This document shows positions 57,278 through 64,000 of a DNA stretch of 64,000 nt, piece after piece; position 1 is the stretch's first letter; each line of letters opens with the position of its first letter. A model generated the notes under the pieces. It saw nothing but the letters and a program-made list of their open reading frames with translations, did not search any database and had not been told where the DNA came from. Position numbers and translations under genes: made by a program. Source of the DNA: Escherichia coli (GTDB lineage Bacteria; Pseudomonadota; Gammaproteobacteria; Enterobacterales; Enterobacteriaceae); assembly GCF_003018255.1 (NCBI RefSeq), contig NZ_CP027440.1, one strand, 5' to 3'.

Positions 57278-59944
57278 TTATTTGGGATTTGCAGGGATGA
57301 CTCTGGTCATCCCTTCATCCCGAGTGTAGGTAATAACAATATTATTACCCTGCCAGATCCATCCATCCTGATTCTGTTTCCCTTCCAGCCAAAGTAACCC
57401 ATCTTCATCTACTACTTCAGAAAAATTACGTTTCCAGGTGAAGGGTACATTGACGCGATTAAGTGCTAACGCCTCATACTGCTGTTCATGACTTAGGTCC
57501 TCGTAGACCTGGCCATCGAGCAGTTGTTTACCTGAAGACGTTTGTAAATAAGGCAATAATGGCAGGCTCATTTCCCCATCCCTCGTTACCGCAAGAATTG
57601 TTTCATCGTTATCCTGCAAGCTATATTCTTCAGCCCACTGCAGAACCTTGCGAGCCTTGAACCTCTTTTCACACTCAGCGCTTTCAAACTTATCCATGCC
57701 TTTGATGACCCATTCTGGCTCATCCATTTCAGCATCATCGTAAATGCTATCCAGCCATTGCCGGTAGGCATCGGGGAAAAATAAGGATGCTCCATTAAGT
57801 TCCTCAATATGTTGCTGCGTCCGCCACATGACTCTAACGTTGCTATAAATATGCTCATGTCGTCCGTAACCTTCGCCATCAGGCAGCAAAACGGTGGCAA
57901 GAGGAACCTCAAAACCAGCGGGACGATATTTGCGATGATGGCGATGTAAACGGCCCAATCGTTGGAAAAGTAAATCTGCGGGGCAATGCTGAGTAATTAA
58001 CCAATCAAAATCAACGTCGAGTGATTGTTCCACGACCTGGGTGGCGACAAGTATCCGTCCAACATTTCGCTTCCCATTTTTGCCGAAATTGCTAATAACT
58101 CGATTCTCTTTTTCACGACGATCGTTCAGCGTAAAGCGCGCATGAAACAAATCTATATCTACTTGCGTGTTATTTAGTTCCTTTAACCGTTGGTGGCATA
58201 GCTGTGCAACATCAACCAAATTGCAGATAAGACAGACTTGTGCACCCGCATTTGCCGCTACGATCATTCGCTCTAACATCCTAAGGTCAGGTAACATGTC
58301 AGCTAAATAAATAGGTTCTGGCCGAATCGAAAAGCGGGGCGGGAGTTGTTCTGAATGAGCTAACAGATCAAAACGTTGTGCACCATTCACACCTCGCCAG
58401 TTAATGAGTGGATATGCGGAGTTATTTTCCTCTGGATCTGTATGCAGACCATAAGTATCCAGAAGTTTCTGTTTTTGTTTCATTGGTAGAGTTGCGGAAA
58501 GAAGAATAACACTCCCCCCCACATCAGCCTGAGCCTTGAGCACAGCCTCCAGCAAGCCGTTCATATACGTGTCGTAAGCATGAACTTCATCAACAATTAA
58601 AACACTTCGACCAATTCCCAAACCACGGATAAAGCGGTGTTTAACTGGCAATACCGATATCAACACCTGATCAATCGTGCAAACGCCGATTTGCCCAAGA
58701 AACACTTTCTTATTGCTTTGTGACAACCACTGACAACACTGAACCCATGCTTCTTCTTGCCCCTGCTCAGTAAATGCGCGTGATTTTATTGATTGAAAAA
58801 GGTGGTTAAAACGTGAATTACCATGAGCAAGAATAAGATTTGGGGAGGTAAATAAACGGCTCGCGTTCGCTTCCATTCTGCTGAGCATTGCATTTGCAGT
58901 AGCTTGTGTAGGGAGGGCAAAAATAACACTATCCGCAAGTTGTTGGTCAATAAGTTTCCAGGCATAGGCCAGCGCAGTTTCAGTTTTACCTGAACCCGTA
59001 GGTGCCTCTATTACCGTCAGCCCGGGCGCTACTGGAAGAGCATCAACTAACACTTGTAATTGTCTGGGTTGATAGCCATTGTCCAGTAGAGCATGAACAC
59101 CTTCATAACATCGCTTATTTGATACAAGGCCGCTCAACTCCAATACCCGGCTCGCATCCTGCTGTCGGTCCTGGAAATACGTTCTTAGAGCATTTATGTT
59201 GGAAGGTGCATCCTCTTTAAACAGAAAGGTATTCGTTGTAGTCCAGGAGCCTAACCAGTCAGCAAGCGAGCAAAAACCTGCTAACAGTGATGAACAATCA
59301 GGTGGTATATCGTTTATAGATAACCCGGCTGGCGTTAAAAATAATGCTTCGAGTACAGATATCCACTCCTCACGAGCCTGTTTATCTTGCGCAGCATAAG
59401 ATGCCAGAGAAGCTGGCATTTCCCAACGCGACTTATCTTGATCCTGGGAATGTAATATAAAACCATGATGTCCTGTAACAGCCTCTACCCATGGAAACCA
59501 GGACTCATAAGGATGAGGAGCGGCATCAAAAAAACTGAAAAAATCCCCGGGAGATTGCTCTGAAAGTGAATCCTGGTTAAACCAATACAGACCGGCTGCA
59601 CCATGATTAAATTTACGGCACATTTGTGTTGATGGACCATTAAGTGATGGCGTTGCAGGATTTAATTTCAGCCAACTTTCTGCTGATTTATATTGGAATC
59701 GTATATCAAACTTTCCGATATCATGAAGGGCAATGAAAAATAACAGCCAGGCTTTCACCTTCTGTTTTGATAGCATTTCATTTCGGCAAAAAGCATTTTG
59801 TAGTACGACTGATTGATCCCACCAGCAATCTGCAACAGCTGCAACATCCAGGCAATGATAAATCAACAGATGAATATCATTTCCTTTCGTCAGGCTTTTT
59901 GAGGATTTCCCCCAGTAATGACATATATATTTAAAAGGTTCCAT
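57278..59944 (-). CDS. cas3: Cas3 HD-nuclease/helicase (type I-E)
   Basis: ORF track 888 aa; HD motif (ALHDIGKFD), Walker A EAPTGSGKTE, DEVH box (LIVDEVHAYD); SD GGGAGG 7 nt upstream of ATG. Confidence 0.96.
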   Translation of the reverse strand: MEPFKYICHYWGKSSKSLTKGNDIHLLIYHCLDVAAVADCWWDQSVVLQNAFCRNEMLSKQKVKAWLLFFIALHDIGKFDIRFQYKSAESWLKLNPATPSLNGPSTQMCRKFNHGAAGLYWFNQDSLSEQSPGDFFSFFDAAPHPYESWFPWVEAVTGHHGFILHSQDQDKSRWEMPASLASYAAQDKQAREEWISVLEALFLTPAGLSINDIPPDCSSLLAGFCSLADWLGSWTTTNTFLFKEDAPSNINALRTYFQDRQQDASRVLELSGLVSNKRCYEGVHALLDNGYQPRQLQVLVDALPVAPGLTVIEAPTGSGKTETALAYAWKLIDQQLADSVIFALPTQATANAMLSRMEANASRLFTSPNLILAHGNSRFNHLFQSIKSRAFTEQGQEEAWVQCCQWLSQSNKKVFLGQIGVCTIDQVLISVLPVKHRFIRGLGIGRSVLIVDEVHAYDTYMNGLLEAVLKAQADVGGSVILLSATLPMKQKQKLLDTYGLHTDPEENNSAYPLINWRGVNGAQRFDLLAHSEQLPPRFSIRPEPIYLADMLPDLRMLERMIVAANAGAQVCLICNLVDVAQLCHQRLKELNNTQVDIDLFHARFTLNDRREKENRVISNFGKNGKRNVGRILVATQVVEQSLDVDFDWLITQHCPADLLFQRLGRLHRHHRKYRPAGFEVPLATVLLPDGEGYGRHEHIYSNVRVMWRTQQHIEELNGASLFFPDAYRQWLDSIYDDAEMDEPEWVIKGMDKFESAECEKRFKARKVLQWAEEYSLQDNDETILAVTRDGEMSLPLLPYLQTSSGKQLLDGQVYEDLSHEQQYEALALNRVNVPFTWKRNFSEVVDEDGLLWLEGKQNQDGWIWQGNNIVITYTRDEGMTRVIPANPK

Positions 59945-60248
59945 TAATAGCCTCCCTGTTTTTTTAGTATTATCGATGATATCAGTGGACTATTTTTCGA
60001 TGCTGCTCATAAATATCGAATTACAGTGATATACACATGTCTTGCCTCCCTGCAAAGAAGAGACTAACATTCGAATTGCTTAGGTTCGAACGCAGGCCTC
60101 AGGTTGATAGAAATATCGCCTGGGGCTTTTGTCCATCTGGAACCTCGCGAATGCTTAACGCCAGACAGCCTCAAGCACCCAACTCCATTCTATACCTGTT
60201 AATTCTCCCTGCGATGTTCACCTTTAAATGCCGGAATGCTGCTCGCAA

Positions 60249-60290
60249 AATAAAAACGCCCCCATCATTTCTGACAGAGGCGTTTAATTT
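60249..60290 (-). terminator. Putative terminator downstream of cysH (end of cysJIH operon)
   Basis: Minus-strand reading: AAACGCC...GGCGTTT 7-bp stem with long loop followed by TTATTTTGCG; weak. Confidence 0.35.
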
Positions 60291-60302
60291 ATCCGGCAAT
60301 AT

Positions 60303-61037
60303 TTACCCTTCGTGTAACCCACATTCCCTTTTTAAGCCAAAGAAACGCGTTTCTTCTTCCGCCATGCCGGGTTCCCATTTACGGGTTGTATGGGTATCAC
60401 CGACCGATAAATATCCTTCGTCCCATAATGGGTGATATTTCAGGCCATGTTTTTGCAGGTACTGATAAATAGTTCGGTTATCCCAGTCGATAATCGGCAG
60501 CACTTTAAATACGCCACGCTGAATTGCCAGCACCGGTAAATTGGCGCGGCTGCCGGATTGTTCACGGCGCAGGCCAGCAAACCAGGTTTGCGCATTCAGT
60601 TCTTTCAGCGCCCGGTTCATCGGTTCGACTTTGTTGATCTCGTTGTACTTCTCAATCCCCTCAACACCCTGCTCCCACAGTTTACCGTAGCGCGCTTCCT
60701 GCCAGGCGGCGCTTTCGGTAGCGCGGTACACTTTCAGGTTGAGCTTGAGTTTGTCCGTTAACTCGTCAATAAAGCGGTAGGTTTCTGGGAACAGATAGCC
60801 GGTATCGGTGAGGATCACCGGAATATCCGGGCGAATCTGATTCACCAGATGCAGGCTCACCGCCGCCTGAATGCCAAAGCTGGAAGAAAGTACATATTCA
60901 CCGGGCAGATTATCCAGCGCCCAGGCAACGCGGCCTTCAGCGTCCAGTTTTTCCAGTTCGGCGTTAGTTTCCGCCAGCGCCAGAATGCGATCTACCTTCG
61001 GCAGTTCGTTCAGGGCGTTTAGATCGAGTTTGGACAT
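60303..61037 (-). CDS. cysH: Phosphoadenosine phosphosulfate (PAPS) reductase
   Basis: ORF track frame 257 aa; start placed at [17 protein letters not shown] (244 aa); C-terminal ECGLH motif. Confidence 0.96.
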   Translation of the reverse strand: MSKLDLNALNELPKVDRILALAETNAELEKLDAEGRVAWALDNLPGEYVLSSSFGIQAAVSLHLVNQIRPDIPVILTDTGYLFPETYRFIDELTDKLKLNLKVYRATESAAWQEARYGKLWEQGVEGIEKYNEINKVEPMNRALKELNAQTWFAGLRREQSGSRANLPVLAIQRGVFKVLPIIDWDNRTIYQYLQKHGLKYHPLWDEGYLSVGDTHTTRKWEPGMAEEETRFFGLKRECGLHEG

Positions 61038-61057
61038 AGATTCCTCACTGTTTGCCT

Positions 61058-61094
61058 TGCCTGATGCGACGCTCACGCGTCTTATCAGGCCTAC
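61058..61094. repeat. REP element between cysH and cysI
   Basis: GCCTGATGCGACGCTCACGCGTCTTATCAGGCCTAC. Confidence 0.8.
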
Positions 61095-61110
61095 AAGACC
61101 GGGCTAATGG

Positions 61111-62823
61111 TTAATCCCACAAATCGCGCGCCGGATCGAGCACCGGGCGAATGATGCCCGCACGCACCGTAAAGTCGCCGAAGCCTTCACCCGCTTCGCG
61201 CTCTTTCGCCCAGCGCCCTATCAGTTCATCAAGCGACGCCAGGATTTCCGGCTCGGTGATGTTTTCTTTATACATCCGTGGGATACGTGTCCCAATGCGG
61301 TTGCCGCCAAGATGCAAGTTGTAGCGACCTGGCGCTTTACCCACCAGGCCCACTTCCGCCAGCATCGCGCGACCACAACCGTTCGGGCAGCCTGTTACAC
61401 GCATCACGATATGCTCATCGCTGACACCATGTTTCGCCATTAAATTATCGATGTTGTCGATAAAAGACGGCAGGAAACGCTCGGCTTCGGCCATCGCCAG
61501 CGGGCAAGTCGGGAATGACACGCAGGCCATTGAGTTTTCACGCTGCGGCGTGACGGCATTCATTAACCCGCTCTCTTTGGCGATCTTCTCGATCTTCGCT
61601 TTCTCGCTTTCCGGCACACCGGCGATGATCAGATTCTGGTTCGCCGTAATGCGGAAATCGCCTTTGTGGATCTTCGCGATCTCCAGCAGGCCGGTTTTCA
61701 GCGGACGCCCAGGATAATCAAGGATGCGACCATTTTCGATAAACAGCGTCAGATGCCAGTTATCATCAATGCCCTTAACCCAGCCAATACGATCGCCGCG
61801 TCCGGTAAACTCATACGGACGGATCGGTTCAAATTTGATCCCCGCGCGACGCTCCACTTCCGCTTTAAACGTCTCAACCCCCACGCGCTCCAGCGTGTAT
61901 TTGGTTTTGGCATTTTTACGATCGGTTCGGTTACCCCAGTCACGCTGAGTTGTCACGACGGCTTCCGCCACTGCCAACGTATGCTCCAGCGGCAGATAGC
62001 CAAACTCACTCGCGGTGCGGGCGTAGGTTTTCTTGTTGCCGTGTTCGGTGGAAAGCCCACCGCCCACCAACAGGTTAAAGCCCACCAGCTTGCCGTTTTC
62101 GGCGATTGCCACGAAGTTCATGTCGTTGGCGTGCAGATCGATATCGTTCTGCGGCGGGATCACTACCGTGGTTTTGAACTTACGCGGCAGGTAGGTCTGA
62201 CCAAGGATCGGCTCTTCATCAGTAGTGGCGACTTTTTCCTGATCGAGCCAGATCTCCGCATACGCGCGGGTACGAGGCAGCAGATGTTCAGAGATTTTCT
62301 TCGCCCATTCATATGCTTCCGCGTGCAGTTGCGACTCGTAAGGGTTCGAGGTGCAGAGTACGTTACGGTTCATGTCGTTAGCAGTCGCCAGCGCATCAAG
62401 GCCGACCGAGTGCAGCATCTGGTGCACCGGTTTGACGTTCTTTTTCAGAATGCCGTGGAACTGAAACGTCTGGCGGTTGGTCAGGCGAATGCTGCCATAG
62501 ATGGTGTTTTCACCGGCAAATTTGTCTATCGCCTGCCACTGTTTGGTGGTGATCACGCCACCCGGCAGACGGCAGCGCAACAGCATCGCGTGGCGCGGCT
62601 CCAGCTTCTGTTCAGCACGTTCGGCGCGGATGTCGCGGTCATCCTGCTGATACATGCCGTGGAAGCGGATCAGCAGGAAGTTGTCGCCCTTAAAGCCGCC
62701 GGTCAGACCGTCGTTTAAATCTTCCGCAATGGTGCCGCGCAGGTAGTTGCTTTCAAGCTTCATGCGCTCGGCGTCTGTCAGTTTTCCTTCGACCACTAAA
62801 GGCCCTGGATGTTTTTCGCTCAT
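61111..62823 (-). CDS. cysI: Sulfite reductase (NADPH) hemoprotein beta subunit
   Basis: ORF track 570 aa; siroheme/4Fe-4S Cys motifs (CxxxxxC ... CPNGC). Confidence 0.96.
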   Translation of the reverse strand: MSEKHPGPLVVEGKLTDAERMKLESNYLRGTIAEDLNDGLTGGFKGDNFLLIRFHGMYQQDDRDIRAERAEQKLEPRHAMLLRCRLPGGVITTKQWQAIDKFAGENTIYGSIRLTNRQTFQFHGILKKNVKPVHQMLHSVGLDALATANDMNRNVLCTSNPYESQLHAEAYEWAKKISEHLLPRTRAYAEIWLDQEKVATTDEEPILGQTYLPRKFKTTVVIPPQNDIDLHANDMNFVAIAENGKLVGFNLLVGGGLSTEHGNKKTYARTASEFGYLPLEHTLAVAEAVVTTQRDWGNRTDRKNAKTKYTLERVGVETFKAEVERRAGIKFEPIRPYEFTGRGDRIGWVKGIDDNWHLTLFIENGRILDYPGRPLKTGLLEIAKIHKGDFRITANQNLIIAGVPESEKAKIEKIAKESGLMNAVTPQRENSMACVSFPTCPLAMAEAERFLPSFIDNIDNLMAKHGVSDEHIVMRVTGCPNGCGRAMLAEVGLVGKAPGRYNLHLGGNRIGTRIPRMYKENITEPEILASLDELIGRWAKEREAGEGFGDFTVRAGIIRPVLDPARDLWD

Positions 62824-64000
62824 TAGTAGACATCTCGCTGATAACGGCGCTCTACGCGCAGCTCACTTAAAAATTCATCCGCCGCTTCGGTGTCCATGCC
62901 ACCAAATTCGGCAATCACTTCCAGAAGTGCCTGCTCAACGTCTTTCGCCATGCGATTAGCGTCGCCGCAGACATAAATGTGGGCACCGTCATTGATCCAG
63001 CGCCACAGCTCCGCGCCCTGTTCGCGCAGTTTGTCTTGTACGTAAATTTTTTCTTTTTGATCGCGCGACCAGGCAAGATCGATACGCGTCAGCACGCCCT
63101 CTTTGACGTAGCGCTGCCATTCCACCTGGTAGAGGAAATCTTCCGTAAAGTGCGGGTTGCCAAAGAACAGCCAGTTTTTCCCCGGCGCCTCGTCGGCGGC
63201 GCGTTGCTGCATAAAGGCGCGGAACGGCGCGATGCCGGTGCCTGGGCCAATCATAATCACCGACGTTTCCGGATTGGCTGGCAGGCGGAAGTTGTCGTTA
63301 TGTTCGATAAAGACGCGGACTTCACCATCTTCTTCCACACGATCTGCGAGGAAGCTGGAGGCACCACCGGCACGGGCGCGGCCTTCCACGTCGTAACGCA
63401 CCACACCAACGGTAACGTGCACTTCGTTCTCGACTTCCGCCTGCGAGGAGGCGATGGAATACAGGCGCGGGGTCAGCGGGCGCAGCAGGTTAATCAGCGC
63501 TTCGGCATCCAGTTGCGCCGGAGAGAAACGCACCATGTCAACAATCGGCGTGGTCGCGGCGTAATGCTGTAACTTCGCTTTATCGCCCACCAGCGGCAGC
63601 AGCGTTTCGCTGCGGGTAAGCGTGGCGTAGTTCTCAACAATATTCGCGGTGTTGACGGTCAGTTCAAAGTGCCACTGTAGCGCTTCGCTCAGGGTCAGCG
63701 TTTTGCCGTCAACGGTGACAGGTTCATCGCCTTTCAGCCACAGCAGTTCGACAAGTTCTTTCACCAGTGCCGGATCGTTCTGATACCAGACGCCCAGCGC
63801 GTCACCCGGCTGGTAACGCAGGCCAGAGTCACCTAAGTCAATTTCGATATGGCGAACGTCTTTTTCAGAGTTACGCCCGGTAATTTTCTGGTTAACAGAG
63901 AGGCTCGCCACCAGCGGCGCGTCTTTGCTGTACGGGCTGGTGTGGATTTCATTTACCGCGCCAGTAGCGACGGATTGCGAAGGTGCCGCGACAGGCGCAC
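62823..64000 (-). CDS. cysJ: Sulfite reductase (NADPH) flavoprotein alpha subunit, 3' (C-terminal) portion only; gene continues beyond window end
   Basis: Minus-strand frame open to the window edge; FAD/NADPH-binding C-terminal domain ending ...RYQRDVY; overlaps cysI start by 1 nt. Confidence 0.93.
   Translation of the reverse strand, partial: APVAAPSQSVATGAVNEIHTSPYSKDAPLVASLSVNQKITGRNSEKDVRHIEIDLGDSGLRYQPGDALGVWYQNDPALVKELVELLWLKGDEPVTVDGKTLTLSEALQWHFELTVNTANIVENYATLTRSETLLPLVGDKAKLQHYAATTPIVDMVRFSPAQLDAEALINLLRPLTPRLYSIASSQAEVENEVHVTVGVVRYDVEGRARAGGASSFLADRVEEDGEVRVFIEHNDNFRLPANPETSVIMIGPGTGIAPFRAFMQQRAADEAPGKNWLFFGNPHFTEDFLYQVEWQRYVKEGVLTRIDLAWSRDQKEKIYVQDKLREQGAELWRWINDGAHIYVCGDANRMAKDVEQALLEVIAEFGGMDTEAADEFLSELRVERRYQRDVY

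Noticed and set aside
60037-60435. 132-aa plus-strand ORF starting in the cas3-cysH gap and running into the cysH 3' end
   Set aside because: No RBS, no recognisable domain, and overlaps cysH antisense; I also searched this gap for an intact Hok-like toxin peptide and found none.
61666-62718. 350-aa plus-strand ORF antisense to cysI
   Set aside because: Fully embedded antisense to cysI, which has clear sulfite reductase motifs; no RBS or recognisable domain.

Overview
This window reads as a conserved Escherichia coli-type chromosomal segment (gene order and protein sequences match the norRVW - hypF/hydN - ascGFB - hyc - hyp - fhlA - mutS - rpoS - cysDNC - iap - CRISPR/cas - cysHIJ region), from a non-K-12-like lineage as far as I can tell from memory. 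About 61 protein-coding genes are called, nearly all recognisable from the ORF translations. Main contents: (1) anaerobic NO detoxification genes norR (near-complete, minus strand), norV and norW with a sigma54 promoter and three NorR sites; (2) the formate hydrogenlyase system with hycABCDEFGHI, hypABCDE, hydN-hypF and fhlA, with sigma54 promoters and shared FhlA-type upstream motifs; (3) the cryptic asc beta-glucoside operon; (4) mutS, pphB and the ygbI-N acid-sugar cluster; (5) a roughly 2.9 kb insert between ygbN and rpoS carrying a UbiX/UbiD-type decarboxylase trio (ecdBCD-like) and a MarR regulator; (6) rpoS-nlpD-pcm-surE-truD-ispF-ispD-ftsB-ygbE; (7) cysDNC and iap; (8) a complete type I-E CRISPR-Cas locus, with a 14-repeat/13-spacer array plus a decayed relic repeat, an AT-rich leader, and cas2-cas1-cas6e-cas5-cas7-cse2-cse1-cas3 on the minus strand; (9) cysH, cysI and the 3' part of cysJ. 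No rRNA, tRNA, IS element or integrase was seen. I did not find a convincing previously undescribed system. The items most worth a second look are a small di-Mop (molbindin) gene between fhlA and ygbA, the spacer content of the CRISPR array, a CRISPR-repeat-like fragment inside the cas3-cse1 intergenic region, and the unexplained 358 bp between cas3 and cysH. All coordinates come from the supplied ORF track plus manual reading; no database search was run.
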